Below, piece by piece: positions 41,473 through 49,535 of a DNA stretch of 64,000 nucleotides. The notes under the pieces were generated by a model. It was not told the origin of the DNA. It ran no database searches and saw nothing but the letters and a program-made list of their open reading frames with translations. Source of the stretch: an uncultured Chloroflexia bacterium (GTDB lineage Bacteria > Chloroflexota > Limnocylindria > Limnocylindrales > CSP1-4). The DNA is taken from assembly GCA_963743795.1 (NCBI GenBank), contig CAVUQZ010000004.1, positions 429,992 to 493,991 of the forward strand. Direction: 5' to 3'. Both the position numbers and the translations under genes were made by a program. The first letter of the stretch is position 1, and every line of letters starts with the position of its first letter.

Positions 41473-43248
41473 CTACTCGGCCGCGATGAGATACCGGTAG
41501 TGGGGCTGGCCGCCGTCGATGACCTCGACCTCCAGGCCGGGCCGCCACTCCATTACCCGCCCGGCCACGGCCTGGGCCTCTGTCCGGTCAACGCCGGCAC
41601 CGTAGTAGAGGGTCACCAGCTCAAAGCCGGGTTCGAAGGCTTCGAGAGCGGCCAGCATGGCCTTCACGCGGTTGGCGCCGAAGGCGAGCAGCCCGTCGTC
41701 GGGGTCCAGGACGATCGTCTGGCCCTTGCGGACCTTGTGACCCCCTATGGTCGCCTCGCGGACGGCCTCGGTCACCTGGAGCGTCTGCACTGCTCTCCCT
41801 GCCAGAGTCATGACCTCCGCATTGGCCGTGGCGTCGCGGTCGGGATCGAGCGCAAGCAGGGCCGCGAACCCCTCGGCCGCGTTTCGGGTCGGGACGACTC
41901 GAACGCGTCTCGTCGTCAGCTCGGTGGCCTGGCGAGCGGCCAGGATCACGTTCGGGTTGTTGGGCAGCAGCAACACCTCATCGGCGTCGATCTTCTCGAC
42001 TGCGTCCAGCAGCTCGCCGGTCGATGGGTTGGCCGTCTGTCCGCCGTGGACCACCGCCGCGACTCCATATGAGTTGAAGATCCGGGCCATCCCCTCGCCC
42101 GCGGCGACTGCTACTACGGCCAGGGCCGCGAGCGACCCAGGCCCGACATCGCCGCCGCCGCCGTCGGAGCCGGAGGAGCCGTTCGAGCCGCCGGCCTCAC
42201 CGGAGGCGGCCAGCTCGGCGCCGAACGTGTCCATCTCTACGTGAGGCCGCCCTTCCTGGTGCGGGGCCCGAGCACGGACCTCGATGTGCTCACCGACCAC
42301 CTCGGCCGCTCTCTGCTCGCGGACCTCGTCCGATTGCGCATCCAGGTTCTCGACAGTTATCCGGGTGAGCGACCCCATCGACAGGCCCAGGGCAATCACC
42401 CGATCCGGGCGCGCGTTGTGCACGTGAACCTTGACCGCGCGGGAATCGCCCGCCACCAGCACCGAATCACCCATGGCATCGAGCTCCCCCCGCAGCCGAT
42501 CCACGTCGACCGGCGTGTCGCCGGCCTGCAGGAGGAACATAGTTTCGTAGCCGAAACCGTCGCCTGCGGCGGCCACTCCGGCCGAATCCTGCGCCGGCGG
42601 CCGTGCGGCGCCGCGACGCTCGACGCGCGTTCGGGCGACCAAATACTGCAGCGTGCCCTGCATCAGCCGATATAGCCCTTCGCCGCCGGCATCGACAACT
42701 CCGGCATCGCGCAGGACCGGCAGCAGCGAAGGTGTCTTCGCCACCGCCTCACGTGCCGCCTCGACCGCCTTCGTGAGAACGTCCTCGAGATCGCCGCCGG
42801 CCTCGGCCGAGACCACGGCCGCCGCCGCCGCCTCGCGGATGACGGTCAGGATCGTGCCCTCCACTGGCTTGCCCACGGCCTTGTACGCGGTCGCCGTCCC
42901 CTGGGTCAGGGCGTGAGCCAGGTCGGATCCGTCGAAGCGATCTTTGCCGCCCAGTCCCTCTGCCATACCGCGGAAGATCTGAGAGGCGATCACGCCCGAG
43001 TTGCCCCGCGCTCCCATCAACGCCCCGAAGCTGATGGCCTGCGCCACCCGGTCCGCGGACGCATCGGACTGGCTCTCGGCCTGGGCCAGGGCCGCCCTGA
43101 CAGTCGCCAGCATGTTGCTGCCGGTGTCGCCGTCCGGTACGGGGAAGACGTTGAGGGCGTTGACCTCGTCCACGTGCCGCTCCAGGTTCTCGACGGCAAC
43201 CCGGAACGCCCCCAGCAGTCCCTCACCGTTGCCCGCTCGACGCGTCAT
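41473..43248 (-). CDS. DAK2 domain fusion protein (YloV family)
   Basis: ATG 43246-43248. NVFPVPDGDTGSNM, ARGNSGVI. 591 aa, in the conserved position between asp23 and recG. Confidence 0.85.
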   Translation of the reverse strand: MTRRAGNGEGLLGAFRVAVENLERHVDEVNALNVFPVPDGDTGSNMLATVRAALAQAESQSDASADRVAQAISFGALMGARGNSGVIASQIFRGMAEGLGGKDRFDGSDLAHALTQGTATAYKAVGKPVEGTILTVIREAAAAAVVSAEAGGDLEDVLTKAVEAAREAVAKTPSLLPVLRDAGVVDAGGEGLYRLMQGTLQYLVARTRVERRGAARPPAQDSAGVAAAGDGFGYETMFLLQAGDTPVDVDRLRGELDAMGDSVLVAGDSRAVKVHVHNARPDRVIALGLSMGSLTRITVENLDAQSDEVREQRAAEVVGEHIEVRARAPHQEGRPHVEMDTFGAELAASGEAGGSNGSSGSDGGGGDVGPGSLAALAVVAVAAGEGMARIFNSYGVAAVVHGGQTANPSTGELLDAVEKIDADEVLLLPNNPNVILAARQATELTTRRVRVVPTRNAAEGFAALLALDPDRDATANAEVMTLAGRAVQTLQVTEAVREATIGGHKVRKGQTIVLDPDDGLLAFGANRVKAMLAALEAFEPGFELVTLYYGAGVDRTEAQAVAGRVMEWRPGLEVEVIDGGQPHYRYLIAAE

Positions 43249-43264
43249 CGCCTGGCTCGCGTGG

Positions 43265-43780
43265 TCATTTCGCCTTGCGTTTCCCCGCCGCCGCTCCCCG
43301 CTCGGCTGCAGTCTTGGCGGGCGGCTCCATCCTGGATACCTTGGTTCCGAGCCGTTCTGGTGCCGAAGCCAAGGCGTCGGACGGATCCGCTCGCTCGATC
43401 GCCTCGGCTCGCTCGATCGCCTCGGCTCGCTGCACCGCCAGCGGCTGGTAGCGCAGCCCATCCACATGGATCGACAGTGACACGACCTCGGCCCCCGCGT
43501 ACTGGCGGAGCGAGTACCGAACGGCCGAATCGACCTGGCGGGCGACCTCCGCCACCGGTACACCGAACGCGACCGTGATGAACAGGTCCAGCCTGACTCC
43601 GCCGTCGGTGGTCAGCCGGATGCCCGGCCGGTCCAACCCTATCCAGCGCAGCAATCGACGGCCGAAAGAAGGATCGCTGAAGCCCGTCACACCGTAGCTA
43701 CCCTGTACGGCGATCCGGACGATGTCGACGATGGCACGGCGGGTGACGATGGATCGGCCGGCCACGGAACGCTCGGGCAT
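43265..43780 (-). CDS. Asp23/Gls24 family protein (YloU-like) with a Lys/Ala-rich tail
   Basis: IVTRRAIVDIVRIAVQGSYGVTG and VVSLSIHVDGL. Divergent from rpmB, as in Bacillus. Confidence 0.8.
   Translation of the reverse strand: MPERSVAGRSIVTRRAIVDIVRIAVQGSYGVTGFSDPSFGRRLLRWIGLDRPGIRLTTDGGVRLDLFITVAFGVPVAEVARQVDSAVRYSLRQYAGAEVVSLSIHVDGLRYQPLAVQRAEAIERAEAIERADPSDALASAPERLGTKVSRMEPPAKTAAERGAAAGKRKAK
43389..43424. repeat. perfect 18-bp tandem duplication inside the asp23-like gene
   Basis: GCTCGCTCGATCGCCTCG occurs twice (43389-43406 and 43407-43424), plus 7 nt of a third copy. It encodes the in-frame repeat AEAIER-AEAIER. Confidence 0.9.
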
Positions 43781-43817
43781 GTGTTAGTACAACCTCCAGC
43801 CTGAGCGGCGGAAACGG

Positions 43818-43828
43818 TGTGCTATCAT
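43818..43828 (+). promoter_or_regulatory. putative promoter of rpmB (-16 TGTGC plus -10 TATCAT)
   Basis: TGTGCTATCAT about 60 nt upstream of the rpmB ATG, sharing TGTGCTA with the rpsB and rplS elements. Confidence 0.4.
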
Positions 43829-43888
43829 ACCGCCCCGGTCGGCCCCGGACGGGGCTGCGCCTCCCTATCACGTATTCGAGAGGACCTC

Positions 43889-44086
43889 ATGGCTCGCTCC
43901 TGCGCCGTCTGCGGGAAGGTCTCCATGGACGGCTTCAACCCGCAGTCGTCCGGAATGAACCGGGTCCGCGCGCACCGCCGCTACCACCCCAACCTCCAGC
44001 AGACGACCATTCAGCAGAACGGGAAGCCGGTCAAGGCGCTGGTCTGCACCCGCTGCCAGCGGACCATGTCGCGGGCCGCCCGCTAG
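43889..44086 (+). CDS. rpmB: 50S ribosomal protein L28
   Basis: MARSCAVCGKVSMDGFNPQSSGMNRVRAHRRYHPNLQ..., 65 aa. GAGAGGA upstream. Confidence 0.9.
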   Translation: MARSCAVCGKVSMDGFNPQSSGMNRVRAHRRYHPNLQQTTIQQNGKPVKALVCTRCQRTMSRAAR

Positions 44087-44176
44087 AGACTCCGCCGGTT
44101 CGTCCGGCCACCGCGCCATCCTTCTCGGCGTCGAGCCCCCGCTCGGCGCCGATGTCGTGTCCGGGACTCTGGACGG

Positions 44177-44647
44177 TCACTCCGTCGGCCGAGGAGAGAT
44201 CGCCAGTTCGTCGCTGTCCAGCCAGACCGTGAACGGACCTTCGTTGACCAGCTCCACATCCATGTCGGCGCCGAACACGCCCTGCCGGACCGGGACGCCC
44301 GAAGACGCCAGGATCTCGCAGAAGACCTCGTACAGGCGCTCGCCAACGATGGGACCCGCGGCGCCGACGAAAGACGGACGGCGGCCGCGGCGCGCATCGG
44401 CGTAGAGGGTGAACTGGCTCACCACGAGGGCCGCGCCGCCCACATCGACGAGCGAGAGATTGGTCAACCCTTCCGCGTCGGCGAAGATCCGCAGCCCGGC
44501 GACCTTCGCTGCCATGCCGGAGGCGACCCACTCGTCGTCGGCAGGCGCAACTCCCAGGAAGACCAGGAGGCCGCGGCCTATGGCGCCGACGGCCTGCCCT
44601 TCGACCCGGACCTCCGCGCTCGAAACCCGCTGCAGCAGGGCCCGCAT
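44177..44647 (-). CDS. dtd: D-aminoacyl-tRNA deacylase
   Basis: 156 aa, MRALLQRV, LVVSQFTL, NEGPFT. Confidence 0.9.
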   Translation of the reverse strand: MRALLQRVSSAEVRVEGQAVGAIGRGLLVFLGVAPADDEWVASGMAAKVAGLRIFADAEGLTNLSLVDVGGAALVVSQFTLYADARRGRRPSFVGAAGPIVGERLYEVFCEILASSGVPVRQGVFGADMDVELVNEGPFTVWLDSDELAISPRPTE

Positions 44648-44660
44648 CGTCGTTCCTCCG

Positions 44661-45917
44661 TCAGCGGCTCAGGAGCCCTGCGGCGCCTCGCCAAAGGCCG
44701 CCCAGGATGCCCAGCCACGGGACCAGGTAAAGGCCGCTGTTCGTGCCGCCCAGCCAGCCGAACGACCTCATGCCGTATGCCAGCCCCGCGCCGACGAGTG
44801 CGATAGCGAGCCCCTGGACCACCAGGGCCCAGCGAACCCGCCGGCCGAGCCGTCGCAGGGCCCTGGCGTCGCCTTCATCTTCAGCCTCGACGCCGGCCTC
44901 GATCTCCTCGTCGGCGATCTGCTCCATGATGCGCCGGGCCCAGCGGGGGCCGCGCAGAACGGCGAAGTAGGCCGCAAACGCGTAGACGACTCCGCCGATG
45001 ATGTCCACGACCCAGTGCTCGCCGAGGTACACGATCGCGAACCAGACGCAGGCCGTGTAGGCCAGCATCAGCCAGCCAGCCCGCGGGAAGACTCGCCGGG
45101 CAAAGAGGAAGGCCAGGAACGGGTACGCGGCGTGCAGCGACGGGAAGGCCGCGACGTCGTTGGAGCTGATGCTGTAGATGCTGGAGTACGAGTAGAAGTA
45201 GGAGTCGCCGAACCCGAAGAACTGGGCCAGGCCATTGAATCCGGTGTCCCGCAGGTGCAGAACTCCGGTCACGAAGCCAAACTTTTCGGCCCACCACGGT
45301 GGCGCCACGGGCAGGAGCAGGAATGTGACGAACGCCGCCATGGACAGCACGATCAGGGCGCCGACGTAGTCGTAGTAGACGCGGCGCTGGTGGATCCAGA
45401 GGAGGAATCCCACGGCCAGCGGGAGTGGGAAGTGGAGGAAGTAGAAGACCACCGACAAGGCGGCCAGGCCGTCCGGGGCGGCTTCGGGGCCCTGGTGGAA
45501 GAGACCCTGCAGCCAGACAGTCGGCAACCCGCCGAGCCCCACGATCCGCTCCAGCCAGATGACGTCGGTGACGTGGATCGGCAGGCCGAACTTGTCCGCG
45601 TAGCCACGCATCAGCTCGTAGGCGAAGAAGAGAGCCAGGAAGGGAATCCAGTCCCGCAGGAAGAGCTTGCCGCGGCCGAGCAGCAACGCCGCCAGGCCGA
45701 ATCCGACGACCACGACATCCGGCGTGACCGAGATGCCGCGAGCGATCATCAGGATCGAGAGCAGGACCGCGTAGGCCGCGATCGCGATCAGCAGCAGCCG
45801 GTCGTTTCGGCGACCGAGATGGGCGTGCGGCGCTTCGGCCCCCACATCTCCGGCGGCCGCCCCACTTGTCCCGACCACGACAGGGACGGCGCCGCTCGCC
45901 GCCGCTTCGTCGTTCAC
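44661..45917 (-). CDS. polytopic PAP2-superfamily membrane protein
   Basis: GTG 45915-45917 after GGAGGAG, overlapping the rpe stop. FPSLHAAYP and GEHWVVDIIGG phosphatase motifs, many TM helices. The 727-aa track ORF is over-extended. Confidence 0.7.
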   Translation of the reverse strand: MNDEAAASGAVPVVVGTSGAAAGDVGAEAPHAHLGRRNDRLLLIAIAAYAVLLSILMIARGISVTPDVVVVGFGLAALLLGRGKLFLRDWIPFLALFFAYELMRGYADKFGLPIHVTDVIWLERIVGLGGLPTVWLQGLFHQGPEAAPDGLAALSVVFYFLHFPLPLAVGFLLWIHQRRVYYDYVGALIVLSMAAFVTFLLLPVAPPWWAEKFGFVTGVLHLRDTGFNGLAQFFGFGDSYFYSYSSIYSISSNDVAAFPSLHAAYPFLAFLFARRVFPRAGWLMLAYTACVWFAIVYLGEHWVVDIIGGVVYAFAAYFAVLRGPRWARRIMEQIADEEIEAGVEAEDEGDARALRRLGRRVRWALVVQGLAIALVGAGLAYGMRSFGWLGGTNSGLYLVPWLGILGGLWRGAAGLLSR

Positions 45918-46633
45918 GCGGGATCTCCTCCACTGACGACCGCCTTGTCGCCGCGGCTGGCGTAGGCCTCGTCCGCGAGCGCCTTGATCAGCCTGATCTC
46001 GTGGCCGATGTCGCGGCCCTTCTTCCAGAGGGTCGAGCCGACGACCAGGACCTCGCCCCCGAGCGCTCCGCAGAGCGCGGCGGACTTGCGGTTGACGCCG
46101 CCGTCCACGTGCACCTGCCCCGATGCGCGATCCGCCAGGTACCCGTGAGCCGGGCGGATCTTGCGAGCCGCGTCCCGCATGAAGCGCTGGCCCCCGAATC
46201 CGGGCTCGACGGTCATGACCATGACGATGTCGAGGAGGTCCCGGTAGGGCTCCAGGGCCGACAGCGGAGTGCCCGGCTTGATGGCCAGACCAGCCTGCCG
46301 CCCGGCCTTTCGGATCTTCAGCAACGTCGGCTCTATCGGCTCCTCGACCTCCACGTGGAAGGTGATCGAATCGCAGCCCGCGTCGATGAACTGGTCCATG
46401 TAGCGGCCCGGCTCCGAAATCATCAGGTGGGCGTCGAAGGGGCGCTTTCCGATGCGCCGGAGACGCTTGATCAGTCCCGGCCCGAACGTGATGTTCGGGA
46501 CGAAGTGGCCGTCCATCACGTCGAGGTGGACCCGATCCGAGCCCGCCCTCAGCGCTCTGCGGACCTCGCTGGCGAGGCTGGCCAGGTCGGCGTCGAGCAC
46601 GCTCGTGCTGACAAGCGTCCTGCGGCCGGCCAT
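45914..46633 (-). CDS. rpe: ribulose-phosphate 3-epimerase
   Basis: 239 aa, HLDVMDGHFVPNITFG, MTVEPGFGGQ. Confidence 0.92.
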   Translation of the reverse strand: MAGRRTLVSTSVLDADLASLASEVRRALRAGSDRVHLDVMDGHFVPNITFGPGLIKRLRRIGKRPFDAHLMISEPGRYMDQFIDAGCDSITFHVEVEEPIEPTLLKIRKAGRQAGLAIKPGTPLSALEPYRDLLDIVMVMTVEPGFGGQRFMRDAARKIRPAHGYLADRASGQVHVDGGVNRKSAALCGALGGEVLVVGSTLWKKGRDIGHEIRLIKALADEAYASRGDKAVVSGGDPA

Positions 46634-47934
46634 CAGCGAGTCGCTCCCCGGACTGAGGCCTGGCCTGCCACGGCCGCCTGGAGGTCCGCCGGCATCTCAG
46701 AGTTGCGAGTGCCGCGAAGCGCGGCCTCGCTCTGGCGGACGATGACTTCGCGGCGGTGGGCCACGGCAGGCGCGGGCGGCTCCCCTGCCCTGCTGGCGGC
46801 CAGCTGGCCGCAGGCGGCGCCTGCGTCCTGGCCTCGGTTGGCACGGACGGTGACGCCCACTCCTCCTCGCCGGACGCGGGCGGCGAAGCCGGCCACTCGC
46901 TCCGGGCTGCTGCCCTGCCAGGGTGTGTGGGCGACGGGATTCATCGGTATCAGGTTAACGTGCGCCAGGTCTCCCCGAAGCAGGACAGCCAGCGCATCGG
47001 CGTCCGCCTCCGTGTCGTTCACGCCGGAAATCATCACGTACTCGTAGCTCACGCGCCGGCCCGTCACGCGAGCGTGGTCTCGAGCCGCGGCGACGACCTC
47101 GGCCACAGGCCAGCGGCGGTTCAGCGGGACGAGGACGTCTCGCAACGCGTCGCGAGCGGCGTGGAGGCTGACCGCCAGCGTGAACTGCGGCCCGAGCTCC
47201 GTGAGGCGCCGGATACCGGGCACGACGCCGGATGTCGACACGACGACGTGGCGCGCCCCCAGGCCGAATCGTCGAGGATCGGCCAGGGCGGCCACCGCCT
47301 CGAGGACGCGGTCCAGGTTCAGCAACGGTTCGCCCATGCCCATGAAGACGACGTTCGTCAGGTTTCGGCCGCGCCCGTCGGCGGCAAGCCTGCGCGCGGC
47401 ATGGCGAACCTGGTCGAGGATCTCGCCGGTCTCCAGGTCGCGGCCGAAACCGAGCTCGCCCGTGGCGCAGAAGGGGCATCCCACCGCGCAACCCGCCTGG
47501 CTGGAGATGCACAAGGTGTGCCGCTCGCGATGCACCGGCCGGCCGGCCGACCCGAACCCGCGCGCCGGATAGTGCATCAGAACCGACTCGATCAAGGCGC
47601 CGTCCGAGAGCTGATGCAGAGTCTTCTCGGTCAGGCCGCCGTCGGCGACGGTGACGTCGTCAGCGGCGATCGTGTCGACTCTGAACGCCTCGGCGACACG
47701 CGCACGAAGGGAGGCCGGCAGCGTCGTGAATTCGTCCGCGGCCTGGGCGTTCGTCCGCCACACGGCGTCCCGGATCTGGCGGGCGCGATAGGCCGGCTGG
47801 CCTTCGGCGTCGAGCCAGGCTTCGAGGGCGCCAGCGGCCAGGCCGCTGAGCCCGGGGCGCGGGTCGGCGGCAGGACGGGCCGGGGGTGAAGTCGCGCCGG
47901 CGAGCTCTTCGCCTGGCGCACGGTTGGGACTCAC
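46633..47934 (-). CDS. rlmN: 23S rRNA/tRNA (adenine-C2)-methyltransferase RlmN (radical SAM)
   Basis: CISSQAGCAVGCPFCATG, MGMGEPL, AACGQL. Long N- and C-terminal tails. Confidence 0.9.
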   Translation of the reverse strand: MSPNRAPGEELAGATSPPARPAADPRPGLSGLAAGALEAWLDAEGQPAYRARQIRDAVWRTNAQAADEFTTLPASLRARVAEAFRVDTIAADDVTVADGGLTEKTLHQLSDGALIESVLMHYPARGFGSAGRPVHRERHTLCISSQAGCAVGCPFCATGELGFGRDLETGEILDQVRHAARRLAADGRGRNLTNVVFMGMGEPLLNLDRVLEAVAALADPRRFGLGARHVVVSTSGVVPGIRRLTELGPQFTLAVSLHAARDALRDVLVPLNRRWPVAEVVAAARDHARVTGRRVSYEYVMISGVNDTEADADALAVLLRGDLAHVNLIPMNPVAHTPWQGSSPERVAGFAARVRRGGVGVTVRANRGQDAGAACGQLAASRAGEPPAPAVAHRREVIVRQSEAALRGTRNSEMPADLQAAVAGQASVRGATR

Positions 47935-47961
47935 GGAGCGGCGATTATCGCATGCCGCAGG

Positions 47962-48957
47962 TCACGTCCAGCGGCTGCCGGCAAGGCCAGGGTGGCCGTG
48001 GCGGAGTTCCGCCCCGGTCACGCGACGCTTGCCAGCCAGCTGGACCTCGTCCAGGCGGAGGCGACCGCTCGCCGTCGAGAGGGCCAAGCCGTCGCCCTGA
48101 GTCACGATCGTTTCGGGCGAGTCGCCCGGCTCGTTCGGGCAGACATCAGCCCGCCATACGATCAGCCGGCCCGCAGCCGTCTCGATGTAGCTGCCCGGCC
48201 AGGGCTGGAACGCGCGGACTTGCCGCTCGAGCTCCTCGGCGGACCTCTTCGGGTCGAGGAGCCCATCCTGGCGGCGCAGTGGTCGGGTCAGCGTTACGCC
48301 CTCCACAGGCTGCGGCCGCGCGACCAGCTGTCCAGCCAGCCATTCCGGCAACGCTCGCGCGATCAGCCGCGCCGCGGTCGCGGCCGCCCGCGCCTCCAGG
48401 ATCGGTGCCGTGTCGTCGGGTCGCACCTCCAACGGCTCCACTGCGACGATCGGGCCGGCGTCCATCTCCTCGGTCAGGAGCATGAGCGTCACTGCCGAGC
48501 TCGTGTCGCCCGCGAGGATGGTGGCAGGGATCGGCGCCGCTCCCCGGTGGCGCGGGAGCGCGGAGGGGTGCAGGTTCAGGAAGCCGCGGGGAGGCAGCTC
48601 GATCAGGCCGCGCGGTATGAGCTGCCCGTAGTCGGCCAGGATTACCAACTCCGGCGCCAGCGCCCGCAGGGCGGCCACGGACTCGGTTCCGCGGACGCGG
48701 GCCGGCTGCAACAACCGCAAACCCAAAGCTACCGCTCGAGCGGCAACCGGCGTCGGTGTCAGGATCGCCTTTCGGCCAACCGGTCGATCGGGCACCGAAA
48801 CCACGGCCTCGACTCGAACGCCCGGCATGGAGATGAGCGCCTCCAGGACCGGGACGGCGAACGAGCCGCTGCCGAAGAAGACGGTTCGGACGGTCGAGGT
48901 CGGGGGCGACGACGCCGCGCCGGCATCCAGACCGTCGGCCGTCGCCCCGTCCGTCAC
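47962..48957 (-). CDS. fmt: methionyl-tRNA formyltransferase
   Basis: VFFGSGSFAVPVLEAL, NLHPSALPRHRGAAPI. Confidence 0.9.
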   Translation of the reverse strand: MTDGATADGLDAGAASSPPTSTVRTVFFGSGSFAVPVLEALISMPGVRVEAVVSVPDRPVGRKAILTPTPVAARAVALGLRLLQPARVRGTESVAALRALAPELVILADYGQLIPRGLIELPPRGFLNLHPSALPRHRGAAPIPATILAGDTSSAVTLMLLTEEMDAGPIVAVEPLEVRPDDTAPILEARAAATAARLIARALPEWLAGQLVARPQPVEGVTLTRPLRRQDGLLDPKRSAEELERQVRAFQPWPGSYIETAAGRLIVWRADVCPNEPGDSPETIVTQGDGLALSTASGRLRLDEVQLAGKRRVTGAELRHGHPGLAGSRWT

Positions 48958-49469
48958 CCTACGGCCACGCCCGCGGTTGCCGGCGATCCCTCTTCTTCCT
49001 CGCCGGGGACGGTCGAGATCAGCTCGTCCATCGAGTCGAGGTAGTCGATGTAGAGCTTGCCGTCCAGGTGGTCGATCTCGTGCTGCAGTGCTCGGGACAC
49101 CAAACCCGACCCGGCCAGCTTGATCTTGCGGCCGACGCGATTCTGGGCCACGACCCAGACCTTCTCGCGTCGGGTGACGTAGGCCACGTAGCCCGGGATC
49201 GAGAGGCAGCCCTCGAGCTCGCGATCGTCACCGTCGGCGCGGACGATGCGAGGGTTGACCAACTCGTGCAGGTTGCCTTCGACCTCGATGACGCATGCCC
49301 GGACGGCCTCGCCCAGCTGCGGCGCCGCCAGGCCGACCCCGGGAGCCTTTCGCATGGTCTCGGCCAGGTCGTCCAGCAGCCCATGGAGGTACTTGCCGAA
49401 GGTGTCGACCGGTTCTCCGACCATGCGAAGCCGCGGGTCACCGAGAAGGACGATGGGTCGCACACTCAT
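48954..49469 (-). CDS. def: peptide deformylase
   Basis: GVGLAAPQ, EGCLS, HEIDHL. Confidence 0.93.
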   Translation of the reverse strand: MSVRPIVLLGDPRLRMVGEPVDTFGKYLHGLLDDLAETMRKAPGVGLAAPQLGEAVRACVIEVEGNLHELVNPRIVRADGDDRELEGCLSIPGYVAYVTRREKVWVVAQNRVGRKIKLAGSGLVSRALQHEIDHLDGKLYIDYLDSMDELISTVPGEEEEGSPATAGVAVG

Positions 49470-49535
49470 GGCCCGAGAGTATACCGAGCCCGCCCACGGG
49501 GCCGTCCGAGCCGTTCCGGTGATCCGATCCGGGAG

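Noticed and set aside
44127-44150. Hairpin GGCGTCGAGC-cccc-GCTCGGCGCC between the convergent rpmB and dtd genes as a bidirectional terminator
   Set aside because: The 10-bp stem (one G-U pair) is plausible, but there is no U-tract on either strand, so I cannot support a terminator call.
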